This document shows, piece after piece, positions 38,897 to 49,215 of a stretch of DNA of 64,000 bases; the stretch's first letter is position 1, and each line of letters opens with the position of its first letter. Location of the stretch: positions 1-64,000 of the forward strand of contig JAXMOL010000034.1 of assembly GCA_034669905.1 (NCBI GenBank), read 5' to 3'. Source of the DNA: Candidatus Hydrogenedentota bacterium. Its GTDB lineage: Bacteria > Hydrogenedentota > Hydrogenedentia > Hydrogenedentales > JAEUWI01. Under the pieces are notes generated by a model. That model did no database searches, was not told the DNA's origin, and was given only the letters and a program-made list of their open reading frames with translations. The translations under genes and the position numbers were made by a program.

Positions 38897-38912
38897 TGGC
38901 ACACTACTTGCT
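38897..38912 (+). promoter_or_regulatory. sigma54 (-24/-12) promoter for the rightward operon
   Basis: TGGCAC-actac-TTGCT. Confidence 0.82.
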
Positions 38913-39080
38913 TTCTTGTCCTCACAGGCAACGTGCAGGGATACGCTTCTCAGGAAGTGCCGTTGTTCTGGCTTGGACGAAACCCCGCTCCCTCCCACTG
39001 TCAGTTCGTGGGAGAAAGGGACGGTAGCATATGAGAGCTGGGAGGCGCCAGACGCGCCCCCGAGAGAAGGGCAATTGGTT

Positions 39081-42000
39081 ATGGGTGTTCGGATAGCGTT
39101 GCATCACCGGACCTGTTATGAGTATGACCGTTTAGTAAGATTGGCTCCCCACGTTGTGCGCTTGCGGCCGGCCCCGCATTGTCGCACCGCCGTTAACAGC
39201 TATGCCCTGAAGGTGCAGCCGCGCGATCACTTTTTGAACTGGCAACAGGACCCCCACGGAAACTACCTGGCGCGCCTCGTCTTTCAAGAGCCTGCCGATT
39301 CCCTTATTGTGGATGTGGATCTGGTGGCCGAGTTGTCGGTGTTTAATCCCTTCGACTTCTTTCTGGAAGACGATGCTTGCTTCTTCCCGTTTCAGTACGA
39401 CCCCGCGACCTTGAAAGATCTGGCGCCCTACCTGGTGGTGGAAGCGCCCCAGGCGCAACTGCGTCGCTACCTCGCGTCCATACCGCGCACCAAACAGCCC
39501 GTGATGGATTTCGTGGTCGCCATCATCGACAAGCTCAGTAAGGACGTCCACTATAATGTTCGGATGGAACCGGGTGTCCAGACCTGTGAGGAAACCCTCA
39601 CAGCAGGCAGCGGTTCGTGTCGCGACTCTGCCTGGCTTCTTGTTCAGATATTACGCAACCTCGGAATGGCCGCCCGATTCGTCAGTGGGTATTTGATTCA
39701 ACTCGTCCCGGATGAGGCACCACTGGATGGCCCGGCCGGACCGACGCAGGATTTTACCGACCTGCATGCCTGGGCGGAAGTCTACTTGCCTGGCGCCGGT
39801 TGGGTGGGCCTTGATCCCACGTCAGGTTTGCTCGCGGGCGAAGGCCACCTTCCACTGGCGTCGACACCCGATCCGGTATCCGCAGCTCCCATTTCCGGGG
39901 CAACGGATAGGGCCGAGACCCAGTTCACTTTCGATATGTCGGTGCGCCGGGTTTTCGAGTCTCCCCGGGTTACCAAGCCCTTCTCCAACCGGCAGTGGGA
40001 AGCCATTGAGCTGCTCGGGTTCCGTGTGGATCAGAAGATGGAGGCCCAGGGAATTGGTCTCACGATGGGCGGTGAGCCGACGTTCGTTTCCGCGGTTGAC
40101 CGGGAAAGCGCCGCGTGGCACACCGACGCGATGAGCGATACCAAGTACAACCTGGCCCACAAACTCTTTGAACGCCTGGTAAAAAAGTTCACCCAACAGC
40201 CCCTGCTCCATATGGGGCAGGGAAAATGGTACCCCGGAGAACCGATCCCCCGTTGGTCCATGGATGCCTTTTGGAGTGTGAATGGCGCGCCACTCTGGCG
40301 CGACGCGCGCTGGCTTGCCAATCCGCTGCGCGACTATGGGATGGAGATCGACGATGCGAAAGTCTTTGGTGCCCATCTGGCCGCGTTGCTTGGCGTAGCT
40401 GCTGACAACTTGTGCCCGGCCTATGAGGACACGTTCTATTATTTGTGGAAAGAGCGTCGCCTTCCCATTGGCACCGATCCCCTTGACAGTAAGTTGGAGG
40501 ACCCACTCGAGCGCAACCGATTGGCGCGGATATTCGAACGTGGACTGGACAGTGTCACGGGATATGTGCTGCCGTTGGAGGCTACACACCTGGGCGACGA
40601 TGTCCGCTGGAAGAGTACGTCGTGGTCCGTGCGTTCGGAGCGACTCTACCTGCTTCCCGGTGACTCTGCCATGGGCTATCGCCTTCCCCTGGATTCCCTG
40701 CCGTGGGAGCCCGAGGAGCGGCGACGCACCGTATTGGAGCGTGATCCAATGGCGACTCCGCCCGGCGGCGCTGAGGTGCCCTTCGTTATTCAGGAGCACG
40801 ATGGGGCCCTTCCCACCCTGGCTCCCCATCCAGACGACGACGGCTCGGCGGGCTATGTGCGCACGGCCCTCTGTCTGGAAGCCCGTGATGGTCGTCTTCA
40901 TGTGTTTATGCCGCCCGTGTCGCGCTCCGAAGATTATTTTACGCTGGTACGTGCCGTGGAGAATACCGCCAGCGCGCTGGAGTGTGCGGTGATTATTGAA
41001 GGGTATACCCCGCCCCACGATCCACGGGTACGGCGCTTCAGTGTGCAGCCCGATCCGGGAGTCATTGAGGTCAACATACATCCGGCCCACAACTGGGAAG
41101 AGCTGCGTTTTATCACGACCACGCTCTATGAGGAAGCCCGTCAGTGTCGATTGAGTGCGGAGAAATTCGGGCTCGATGGCCGCGCTTCCGGCACGGGGGG
41201 CGGCTGTCACATGGTGCTGGGCGCGGCCACGCCGCAGGAGAGCCCCTTCTTGCGTCGCCCTGATCTGCTCCGCAGTATGCTGGCCTTCTGGAACAATCAC
41301 CCGAGTCTTTCCTACCTGTTTAGTGGCACCTTCATTGGGCCTACAAGTCAGGCCCCCCGTATCGATGAGGCCCGGAACGATGCCGTCGGGGAACTCGAAA
41401 TCGCCTTTGCCAATCTGTCCAATGAGGAGAACCCGCCGCCCTGGTTGGTGGATCGCACCTTTCGAAATATTCTGGTGGATATTACGGGCAATACCCACCG
41501 GGCGGAGTTCTGCATTGACAAGCTGTTTTCCCCCGACTCGGCGACGGGACGACTGGGATTGCTTGAACTGCGGGCCTTCGAAATGGCCCCCCATCCGCGC
41601 ATGAATCTGTTGCAGCAGTTGCTGATACGCGCGTTGGTGGCGGCATTCTGGAAGAGTCCCTACGATTTTCCGCTCGTACGGTGGAATACCTCACTCCACG
41701 ACCGGCACGTTCTTCCGTACTACGTCTGGCAGGATTTCCAGGACGTCCTGGAAAACTTGCGTCGACAGAATATTGCGTTTGACTCGGCCTGGTTCGGACC
41801 CCAGTTTGAATTCCGCTTTCCACACTACGGCGAAGTGACCTACGCGGGCGTCCGGATGGAGCTGCGTGGGGCGTTGGAGCCGTGGCACGTCCTCGGGGAG
41901 CAGCCCGGTCCGGGGGGAACCGCCCGGTTTGTGGATAGCTCCCTTGACCGGGTCCAACTGCTGGTTCAGGGGCTGGTAGACCGGCGTCACGTCGTCGCCT

Positions 42001-42374
42001 GCAATGGTATCGAGGTCCCCCTCCATGCTACCGGAGTCGAAGGGGAATACGTGGCCGGCATCCGATTCAAAGCCTGGCAATTACCCAATGGGCTCCATCC
42101 CACGGTTCCGACCCATGTCCCCCTGGTTTTTGACCTGGTCGATACCTGGCAGGATATGTCCCTGGGTGGGTGTACCTATTGGCCAGCCCATCCCGGCGGC
42201 CGAAGTTATGAGACGTACCCCGTGAATGCCAATGAAGCGGAATCCCGCCGGGAATCGCGCTTCAGTCCTATCGGGCATACACCGGGTGAAATGACGGTTC
42301 GTCCCGCTGCAAAAGACAGGGAGCATCCCTGGACCTTGGATTTGCGACGGGTGCCGATTACGGAGGGCTCGTAG
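39081..42374 (+). CDS. Transglutaminase fused to DUF2126 putative amidoligase
   Basis: GSCRDSAWLL, DLHAWAE, DPTSG; MGGEPTF, PDPGVIEVN, TGGGCH, GNTHRAE, ELRAFEM. Confidence 0.92.
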   Translation: MGVRIALHHRTCYEYDRLVRLAPHVVRLRPAPHCRTAVNSYALKVQPRDHFLNWQQDPHGNYLARLVFQEPADSLIVDVDLVAELSVFNPFDFFLEDDACFFPFQYDPATLKDLAPYLVVEAPQAQLRRYLASIPRTKQPVMDFVVAIIDKLSKDVHYNVRMEPGVQTCEETLTAGSGSCRDSAWLLVQILRNLGMAARFVSGYLIQLVPDEAPLDGPAGPTQDFTDLHAWAEVYLPGAGWVGLDPTSGLLAGEGHLPLASTPDPVSAAPISGATDRAETQFTFDMSVRRVFESPRVTKPFSNRQWEAIELLGFRVDQKMEAQGIGLTMGGEPTFVSAVDRESAAWHTDAMSDTKYNLAHKLFERLVKKFTQQPLLHMGQGKWYPGEPIPRWSMDAFWSVNGAPLWRDARWLANPLRDYGMEIDDAKVFGAHLAALLGVAADNLCPAYEDTFYYLWKERRLPIGTDPLDSKLEDPLERNRLARIFERGLDSVTGYVLPLEATHLGDDVRWKSTSWSVRSERLYLLPGDSAMGYRLPLDSLPWEPEERRRTVLERDPMATPPGGAEVPFVIQEHDGALPTLAPHPDDDGSAGYVRTALCLEARDGRLHVFMPPVSRSEDYFTLVRAVENTASALECAVIIEGYTPPHDPRVRRFSVQPDPGVIEVNIHPAHNWEELRFITTTLYEEARQCRLSAEKFGLDGRASGTGGGCHMVLGAATPQESPFLRRPDLLRSMLAFWNNHPSLSYLFSGTFIGPTSQAPRIDEARNDAVGELEIAFANLSNEENPPPWLVDRTFRNILVDITGNTHRAEFCIDKLFSPDSATGRLGLLELRAFEMAPHPRMNLLQQLLIRALVAAFWKSPYDFPLVRWNTSLHDRHVLPYYVWQDFQDVLENLRRQNIAFDSAWFGPQFEFRFPHYGEVTYAGVRMELRGALEPWHVLGEQPGPGGTARFVDSSLDRVQLLVQGLVDRRHVVACNGIEVPLHATGVEGEYVAGIRFKAWQLPNGLHPTVPTHVPLVFDLVDTWQDMSLGGCTYWPAHPGGRSYETYPVNANEAESRRESRFSPIGHTPGEMTVRPAAKDREHPWTLDLRRVPITEGS

Positions 42375-42457
42375 AAAGCACGTGGTATGTAGTCGGGGTG
42401 CAATTGTGTGCGCTGCCGGGGCTGCCCCGGTGGCAAGTCAACGAAGAGGATTGAATC

Positions 42458-43894
42458 ATGATGATTCTCGATGTGTACGAGACCGAAGGTTTTTTTGATG
42501 AAATGCTGGATGACGGCGGCGCGCCTCGCTCCGGTATGACCAACATTGTGGAGAAGCTGGTTTCTATCAGCCAGGAGGAGATGACGAAGCAACAGGCATC
42601 CGCCGAGCGTACCCTCCGCGAAATGGGGATTACCTTTACCCTGAAGACAGAAGATGGGAATACAGAACGGATATTTCCTTTTGACCTCATCCCTCGGATA
42701 ATTTCCGCAAAAGAATGGGCGTGGATTGATCGCGGCTTGAAGCAGCGTATTTTCGCCCTCAACGCCTTTCTTCAGGACATCTACAATGAGCAGCGGATCC
42801 TGAAAGACAAGGTGATTCCCGCTGAGCTTGTCCACTCCTCCCCCGGCTTCCGCAGAGAATGTATCGGACTGAACCCGCCCCAGGGTATCTGGGCCCATGT
42901 GACCGGTACGGATCTGGTCCGTGACGCCGATGGACAAATCTATGTGCTCGAAGACAACGTTCGGTGTCCGTCGGGTGTTTCCTATGTGTTGGAAAACCGG
43001 GACATCATGAAGCGCACCCTCCCCCACTTTTTTGATGTGGGCAAGGTGTGTCCGGTGGAAGAGTATCCCAGCAAGCTTCTGGAAATGCTGCTTCACCTGG
43101 TGCCCGAAGGTGTCGAGCGTCCCACGGTGGCCGTCTTGACCCCGGGTATTTTTAATAGCGCCTACTATGAGCATTCCTTCCTGGCCCACCAGATGGGCGT
43201 GGAACTGGTCGAAGGCCGTGACCTCGTGGTCATGGATGGCTATGTGAAGACCCGTACGACCTGTGGCTTCAAACGGGTGGACGTGATATATCGTCGTATC
43301 GATGATGATTTTATCGATCCTTTGTGCTTTCGTCCGGATTCTGTGTTGGGAGTTCCAGGGCTGATGGAAGTGTATCAGCAGGGACGTGTGGCACTGGCCA
43401 ATGCGCCGGGCACCGGCGTGGCTGATGATAAAGTCATCTACGCGTACGTTCCCGACTTTATCCGCTACTACCTGGGCGAAGAGCCTATTATTCCCAACGT
43501 GCCCACCTACCTGTGTGAAAATCCCAAGGACCTGGGCTATGTCTGTGAAAACCTTGAGCACCTGGTGGTGAAACCTGCGAATGAGTCCGGGGGCGCCGGC
43601 ATTCTCGTGGGGCCCCACGTTTCCCGGGGGGAGCGGGACGCGTATCGGGAACAGATCAAGCGCAATCCCCGAAATTTTATTGCCCAGCCGACCCTGAGTC
43701 TTTCGCGGGTACCCACCCTGTGCGAGGCAGGCTTTGAGGGCCGTCATGTCGATTTGCGACCCTATGCCCTCTATGGAAAAGAGCAATACATTCTGCCCGG
43801 GGCCCTTACACGGGTAGCCCTCACCAAGGGTTCCCTGATTGTGAACTCTTCCCAAGGGGGAGGTAGCAAAGATACGTGGGTTTTGGCCGAGTAA
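42458..43894 (+). CDS. Circularly permuted type 2 ATP-grasp protein
   Basis: [50 protein letters not shown]. Confidence 0.93.
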   Translation: MMILDVYETEGFFDEMLDDGGAPRSGMTNIVEKLVSISQEEMTKQQASAERTLREMGITFTLKTEDGNTERIFPFDLIPRIISAKEWAWIDRGLKQRIFALNAFLQDIYNEQRILKDKVIPAELVHSSPGFRRECIGLNPPQGIWAHVTGTDLVRDADGQIYVLEDNVRCPSGVSYVLENRDIMKRTLPHFFDVGKVCPVEEYPSKLLEMLLHLVPEGVERPTVAVLTPGIFNSAYYEHSFLAHQMGVELVEGRDLVVMDGYVKTRTTCGFKRVDVIYRRIDDDFIDPLCFRPDSVLGVPGLMEVYQQGRVALANAPGTGVADDKVIYAYVPDFIRYYLGEEPIIPNVPTYLCENPKDLGYVCENLEHLVVKPANESGGAGILVGPHVSRGERDAYREQIKRNPRNFIAQPTLSLSRVPTLCEAGFEGRHVDLRPYALYGKEQYILPGALTRVALTKGSLIVNSSQGGGSKDTWVLAE

Positions 43895-43914
43895 CCTTAC
43901 CGGGAAGAAGTCTT

Positions 43915-44907
43915 ATGTTGAGTCGTGTCGCAGAATCAATCTATTGGATGTGTCGCTATATCGAGCGTGCCGAAAACGTGGCCCGGATCTTGAAAGTGAA
44001 TTGGCACCTGACCCTTGATGCCTCCTCGGAGCCTCAGTGGCACCCACTGATAAGTATCATGGCCGACGAGATCTACTTCCAGGAACACTATCCGGAAGTG
44101 ACCCAGGCCAACGTCATGCGCTTCCTCGCGTTCGACCGGGAATATCCCAACAGTATCTACAATTGCCTCCGGCAGGCCCGGGAAAACGCCCGCTCTATTC
44201 GGGAAGCCATCCCCACCGATGTCTGGGAGCAGGTGAACGTCTTCTTTCACGAGGTGGAACGGGCCACCCAGAGTAACGCGGTCTTAGAGGCCCCCCACGA
44301 ATTCCTGGGGATGGTCGTCAAAGGGAGTAGTGAATTCATCGGTCGAAGCTACACCACCATGATGCATGACGAGGGATGGCACTTTGCCCGCATTGCCCGC
44401 ATGTTGGAACGGGCCGACAAGACCTCGCGCATTCTCGATGTGAAGTACTTTTATTTGCTGCCGAAGGCCGAAGACGTTGGGACTTCGTTGGACAATATCC
44501 AGTGGCAAGCCCTCTTGCGCAGCGCCAGCGCCCTTCAGGCCTATCGACAGATTCATGGCCCCATCGCACCGGCAAACGTTGTAGAATTGCTCTTACTCGG
44601 CTATGGCTTTCCCCGATCGGTTAAGTTTTGCGTGGACCGGCTGCAACACTCGATTGCCTTTGTCTCCGGGTCGCCACCGGGACTCTATACCAACGAGGCA
44701 GAGCGTCATTGCGATCAGCTGCGTTCGCAACTCGCATGCGCCCGGGTAGACAGTATCATCGAGGCGGGCCTTCACGAGTTCGTAGATTCTCTTCAGGTCC
44801 AGCTGAACCAGGTTGGTGTCTGCGTTCAGTCCCAGTTTTTTGATTTCAGGGATGTCTCCCTTCCAGAAAAAGGATCGCCGGCAACGCCGCAGGTGCAACT
44901 CCAATAG
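43915..44907 (+). CDS. Alpha-E domain protein (DUF403)
   Basis: MLSRVAESIYWMCRYIERAE, ARENAR, LERADKTSR, FPRS. Confidence 0.93.
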   Translation: MLSRVAESIYWMCRYIERAENVARILKVNWHLTLDASSEPQWHPLISIMADEIYFQEHYPEVTQANVMRFLAFDREYPNSIYNCLRQARENARSIREAIPTDVWEQVNVFFHEVERATQSNAVLEAPHEFLGMVVKGSSEFIGRSYTTMMHDEGWHFARIARMLERADKTSRILDVKYFYLLPKAEDVGTSLDNIQWQALLRSASALQAYRQIHGPIAPANVVELLLLGYGFPRSVKFCVDRLQHSIAFVSGSPPGLYTNEAERHCDQLRSQLACARVDSIIEAGLHEFVDSLQVQLNQVGVCVQSQFFDFRDVSLPEKGSPATPQVQLQ

Positions 44908-44942
44908 AAAAGGCGGAGAGACTACCGAAGTAGCTCTCCGCC
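44908..44942 (-). terminator. Rho-independent terminator (possibly bidirectional)
   Basis: ggcggagag...ctctccgcc hairpin with T-tract on minus strand. Confidence 0.75.
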
Positions 44943-44970
44943 GAAAACACGTTGTACTTATATCGTGCGC

Positions 44971-45870
44971 CTAGAAGTTGCCAACCAGGGCAGCCCAGGC
45001 ACGGGTCGCCGGATACACCGACGTGTATTTGTTGAATGCAACGTGTCCGTCCATGTAGAGCGCGTTCGCACCACCGGGGAGGTGATTGAAATCACCCGGG
45101 TCGGTTTCGATGCCATCATACTGCAGCACGACCTGGCTCTGGGCCTTCGCGGAAGCGGCAGGATTGTTGATGTCGGTGATCAGAAAGCGCTCGATACCTT
45201 CGCGGTTCGCGAGGAAGGTACGGTCGCGGCCATCGGAACCGGTCCATTCAAGATTCTTCTTGGCCTCTTCGGCAGCCTCTTCAACCGTTGCGGCACCATT
45301 TACCGCACCGACAAAGGCGAGCAACGCGCCCACAAAGGCGACGTCTACATAGGCACCAAACACGTTGGCCTGCGTAATGGCCCCATCATTGGAATCAACG
45401 CCGGGCATCAGAATCTCGGACTCGTCAATTGCCCAGCCGTTGTAAATGTAGGACAGGGTGTCCACGCGGCAGGGGTTTACCGGTCCCGCTTCGTCACCCA
45501 ATTCGTTCCAACGGCCATTTACGTAGCGGTCCACGCCGTCCGCATCTGAGGGGCACACGTTGACGGCAAGATCGGTGAGGTATTCGGGGTACAGGGAGCT
45601 ACCCTGCCACATGAAGTCGAGACCGATGTCATCACAGGAACCCGCGACCGCCCCTTCATCCGCATATTTTGGGGGAGGAAACGCTTCGCCTTCGGATTCG
45701 TTGGCATACATCTTGAACGAAATGCCCAGCTGTTTCAGGTTGTTCTGGCAACTTGCCCGACGGGCTGCTTCACGGGCGCGCGCCAGCGCGGGAAGCAGGA
45801 TAGCCGCCAGGATACCGATGATGGCAATGACCACCAGCAGTTCTATGAGGGTGAAACCACGTTTCTTCAT
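44971..45870 (-). CDS. Prepilin-type N-terminal / DUF1559 / H-X9-DG-type protein, paralog 1
   Basis: [18 protein letters not shown]...[30 protein letters not shown]. Confidence 0.93.
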   Translation of the reverse strand: MKKRGFTLIELLVVIAIIGILAAILLPALARAREAARRASCQNNLKQLGISFKMYANESEGEAFPPPKYADEGAVAGSCDDIGLDFMWQGSSLYPEYLTDLAVNVCPSDADGVDRYVNGRWNELGDEAGPVNPCRVDTLSYIYNGWAIDESEILMPGVDSNDGAITQANVFGAYVDVAFVGALLAFVGAVNGAATVEEAAEEAKKNLEWTGSDGRDRTFLANREGIERFLITDINNPAASAKAQSQVVLQYDGIETDPGDFNHLPGGANALYMDGHVAFNKYTSVYPATRAWAALVGNF

Positions 45871-45942
45871 GATAGATAAATCCTCTTCATTTGATGATTG
45901 CGATTCCAGAAACACGCCTTCCATTTGTCAGCAATACTTCAC

Positions 45943-45986
45943 GCGCTCGATGGCACGTACTCAGAAAGACCTCCAGCAGTCTGAGC
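45943..45986 (-). promoter_or_regulatory. Candidate conserved leader RNA element, copy 1
   Basis: Stem GCTCAGA/TCTGAGT, loop containing CTGGAGGTC, followed by GCCATCGAGCGC. Confidence 0.6.
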
Positions 45987-46032
45987 CTCGGTGAACCATT
46001 GTTTGAGTAGAACACTATGAATTCTGTTATGA

Positions 46033-46061
46033 ATGGTGGCACAGTTTCCGTGGACTGTCAA
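46033..46061 (-). promoter_or_regulatory. Putative sigma70 promoter
   Basis: TTGACA-17-CACCAT with extended TG; same position as the paralog 2 promoter. Confidence 0.5.
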
Positions 46062-46296
46062 GAGGATACGCGATCGTTCTAGGAAGTATATTCACGAAAT
46101 ATACAAGACTTTATCATTATGCGTACTATGTGGGCGAGATTGTTTCATAATGGGAATCCAGCGGCAAGCTACGCTTGAGGTGTACCGCGTTGCTGCTGCG
46201 AAGGGGCACGGGCGGTCGGTGCGTCACTCGGGCGCACGTGTGCGGGCGGAGTCTATGGTGTTCCAATGGTATTTCTGCTCATGGCCCCCGCCCCTC

Positions 46297-46335
46297 AAAA
46301 AAAACGGAGAGACTGCCTGGGGCAGCTCTCCGTTT
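46297..46335 (-). terminator. Rho-independent terminator
   Basis: cggagag...ctctccg hairpin plus T8 on minus strand; homologous to 44908-44942. Confidence 0.8.
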
Positions 46336-46368
46336 GTGATCGGGAATAGAAAGTGAAAGTGTCGGGGA

Positions 46369-47271
46369 CTAGAAGTTACTGACCAATGCCGCCCAGGCCC
46401 GGCTGGCGGGGAAATCGGTACCTAACTTCAAGAAGGAGACGTGTCCATCCATGTAGAGCGCATTGGCACCACCGGGAATGTGGTTGAAGTCGCTGGGATC
46501 GGTTTCTACCCCGTCGTACTGCAGGACGATATTGCTCTGGGCCTTGGCGGAAGCGCCGGGGTTGTTGATATCGGTGATGAGGAAACGTTCCACCCCTTCG
46601 CGAACGGCCGAGAAGGTATGGTCAACGCCATCGGAACCCGTCCAGGAGAGGTCCTCGGAAGCGAGCCGGCGGGCTTCATCCACCGTGGCCGCACTGCTGA
46701 CATCGGTCACGAAGTCGGTCAGGGCGACGACGAAAGCGACATCGATATAGGCGCCGATGACGGTGGCTTGGGTGATGCCGCCATCATTGGCATCCACGCC
46801 AGGCATCATGATTTGATCCTGATCCATGGCCCAGCCATTGTAAATGTAGGAGAGCGTGCTGATACGGCAGGGGTTGATGGGGAGGTCGATATCGCCCGCC
46901 TGATTCCAGACCCCGTCATCCAGTCGCGCAGCGCCGTCGGCATCGGAAGGACACACATTGACGGAGACATCGTTCAGATATTCCGGGTAGAGCAAGTGGC
47001 CCTGCCACATGAAGTCGACTCCAATGTCATCACAGGATCCGGGAATGGCGCTGTCTTCGCCGGCATAGTGGGGCGGCGGAAAGGCTTCGCCCTCGGATTC
47101 ATTGGCGTACATTTTGAAGGCGAGGCCCATCTGCTTCAGGTTGTTCTGGCAGCTTGCGCGGCGGGCGGCTTCCCGGGCCCGGGCGAGGGCCGGAAGCAGG
47201 ATGGCGGCGAGAATACCGATGATGGCAATGACGACGAGGAGTTCGATAAGCGTAAAACCACGTTTTTTCAC
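46369..47271 (-). CDS. Prepilin-type N-terminal / DUF1559 / H-X9-DG-type protein, paralog 2
   Basis: GTG start; same motifs and collinear with paralog 1. Confidence 0.93.
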   Translation of the reverse strand: MKKRGFTLIELLVVIAIIGILAAILLPALARAREAARRASCQNNLKQMGLAFKMYANESEGEAFPPPHYAGEDSAIPGSCDDIGVDFMWQGHLLYPEYLNDVSVNVCPSDADGAARLDDGVWNQAGDIDLPINPCRISTLSYIYNGWAMDQDQIMMPGVDANDGGITQATVIGAYIDVAFVVALTDFVTDVSSAATVDEARRLASEDLSWTGSDGVDHTFSAVREGVERFLITDINNPGASAKAQSNIVLQYDGVETDPSDFNHIPGGANALYMDGHVSFLKLGTDFPASRAWAALVSNF

Positions 47272-47325
47272 GAGAAAATTCCTTGTACTGCAAAATAAGG
47301 TCAGGGGAATGATTGGATAATTTAA

Positions 47326-47368
47326 GCGCTCGATGGCGTAACGTCCTCGGACCTCCAGTTACGAGGAC
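47326..47368 (-). promoter_or_regulatory. Candidate conserved leader RNA element, copy 2
   Basis: Stem GTCCTCG/CGAGGAC, loop containing CTGGAGGTC, followed by GCCATCGAGCGC. Confidence 0.6.
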
Positions 47369-47411
47369 AGTGCTTCGGTTGATAGATTGTATTTGGGACG
47401 TTGTGAGAAGA

Positions 47412-47440
47412 ATGTTCTCATAAAATAGGAACTTAGTCAA
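47412..47440 (-). promoter_or_regulatory. Putative sigma70 promoter
   Basis: TTGACT-17-GAACAT with extended TG. Confidence 0.45.
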
Positions 47441-47894
47441 GGCCCAATTTTGAGAGAATATCTTGCTATACGGCGTAGTATACCGGGAAACAATGGGGGG
47501 AATTCAATAAATAATATGTAATATGAGTTATTTGAGTAATCGCTGAGCATGTCCATTTTGGGAGGTGTTTTAGGTGTGCTGTTGCGTAAGTACGTAAAGG
47601 TAGCGTGGCGTAAAAGGGGATATCTGTGTGGGTAAGCGTGTGGAATGTGGATGCTACGCCATTGATGGCGAAATGGCCAATCCCTACTCTCCGTCGGCAC
47701 CGGGGCAGCTCCCGGTGTCTATTGTGGAACCAAGTTGCCGCTGTCGGCCAGCGACCCGGTACGAGGGTGAGGAGATGAACCGGAACAGGCAGCGTCAGCC
47801 GCAGGACGTCGCAGGGATTCTTTCGGCCTCCCCCAACGTGTTATAATCCCCGAAGTTTTGACGGGTAATCCCATTTTCAAACTGAAGATTTCTT

Positions 47895-48809
47895 ATGACC
47901 ACTACCAAAGACTCCCCAAAAACGTTTCCCGATTGGATTCGACAGCCGTGGCCTTCAGGCGAGGTGTTTCAGGAGGTCAAATCCCTTCTGGGAGATCTAA
48001 AACTCCACTCGGTCTGCCAGAGTGCCCACTGCCCCAACCAGTCGGAGTGCTGGGGCCGCAAGACGGCAACCTTTATGGTCATGGGTAACACCTGTACCCG
48101 CCATTGTACCTATTGCGCCGTCAACAGCGGGAAACCCGGCGAACTTGATCGGGATGAGCCGGAGCACATTGCCGAAGCCGTTCGGCGCCTGGGCTTGAAG
48201 CACACGGTGATAACCTCCGTGACCCGCGATGATTTGCCTGACGGCGGCGCACAGCACATTGCCGACACGATCTATGCCATCAAACGGGTCATGCGGGAGA
48301 CGACGGTCGAGGTACTGGTTCAGGACTTCGACGGCAAGCGGGAAGATATCGCGATGGTGCAGGCGGCACAGCCGGAAATCTTCAGTCACAATATTGAGAC
48401 CGTGGCCAGTGTCTTTTCCCGTATCCGTGATCGCCGTTTTACCTACGACCAGTCGCTGGAAGTGCTTCGAACGGCCCGGGAACTGAGTGAGGGGCATTTC
48501 ATCAAGTCCGCCTTCATGCTGGGATGCGGTGAAACGGAAGCGGAAATCCGGGAGACCCTGGTCGACCTGAAGGAAGCGGGCTGTGATTCCGTGAGTATCG
48601 GTCAGTACCTCCAGCCCACGCCGAAACACCACGCGGTGGCCGCCTACATTCGCCCGGAGAAATTTAAGGAGTACGAAGCGATGGCCTATGAAATCGGCTT
48701 TGGTTTTGCCGTGGCGGGCCCCTTCGTACGTAGTTCCTATCGTTCTGAAGCCCTGTTGGAATCCGAGTACGCGGTGCAGCATCGCAACGCCCGCTCGGCG
48801 AGGAGTTAA
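47895..48809 (+). CDS. lipA: Lipoyl synthase
   Basis: CQSAHCPNQSEC, CTRHCTYC radical SAM motif, HNIETV, GQYLQP, VRSSY. Confidence 0.96.
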   Translation: MTTTKDSPKTFPDWIRQPWPSGEVFQEVKSLLGDLKLHSVCQSAHCPNQSECWGRKTATFMVMGNTCTRHCTYCAVNSGKPGELDRDEPEHIAEAVRRLGLKHTVITSVTRDDLPDGGAQHIADTIYAIKRVMRETTVEVLVQDFDGKREDIAMVQAAQPEIFSHNIETVASVFSRIRDRRFTYDQSLEVLRTARELSEGHFIKSAFMLGCGETEAEIRETLVDLKEAGCDSVSIGQYLQPTPKHHAVAAYIRPEKFKEYEAMAYEIGFGFAVAGPFVRSSYRSEALLESEYAVQHRNARSARS

Positions 48810-48814
48810 GTACT

Positions 48815-49057
48815 ATGCAGGTGGAAATCAGCTTGCCCAGCCTGGGTGACGACGACGATGCCGTAACAGGCGGCACCATTTCGGAGTGGTTGGTAAAAGA
48901 AGGTCCCGTTTCGGAGGGTGATGATCTGCTGGAACTGACGACGGATAAGGCGGCATTTGTGTTGCCCGCGCCACAAAACGGCACCCTGGTCGAACGTAAG
49001 GCTCAGGAAGGTGACACGGTCGCTGTAGGCGACGTAATATGCATCTTTGAGGTCTGA
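48815..49057 (+). CDS. Stand-alone lipoyl-domain protein
   Basis: 80 aa; LPSLG, WLVKEG, ELTTDKA (lipoyl DKA rather than biotinyl MKM). Confidence 0.9.
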   Translation: MQVEISLPSLGDDDDAVTGGTISEWLVKEGPVSEGDDLLELTTDKAAFVLPAPQNGTLVERKAQEGDTVAVGDVICIFEV

Positions 49058-49086
49058 TAGAAGACCGAATGCAATGCTACTTCAGG

Positions 49087-49137
49087 GTGGCACAGGCGTC
49101 CCGCCTGTGCAGTACGCAGCCGGGACGGCTGTGCCAC
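49087..49137. repeat. Short intergenic inverted repeat, second REP-like family
   Basis: gtggcacaggcgtcccg ... cgggacggctgtgccac (17 bp, 1 mismatch), internal cacaggcg/cgcctgtg palindrome. Confidence 0.6.
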
Positions 49138-49215
49138 GCTTTTTGATATTGAATGCCTTGGTTACAAGGAACGGGCGGAAGAGACTCCCCCAGAGGTTGG
49201 CTGAAAGGATTTAGA

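Noticed and set aside
38916..39080. N-terminal extension of the transglutaminase/amidoligase ORF
   Set aside because: Family similarity starts at ATG 39081, and 38916 lies upstream of the predicted sigma54 start site
46037..46051. Additional sigma54 site (TGGCAC); also a minus-strand TGGCAC near 57440
   Set aside because: No TTGC at the -12 position
47440..47640. AT-rich segment as a horizontally acquired island
   Set aside because: Short, lies between divergent genes, and is best explained as promoter DNA
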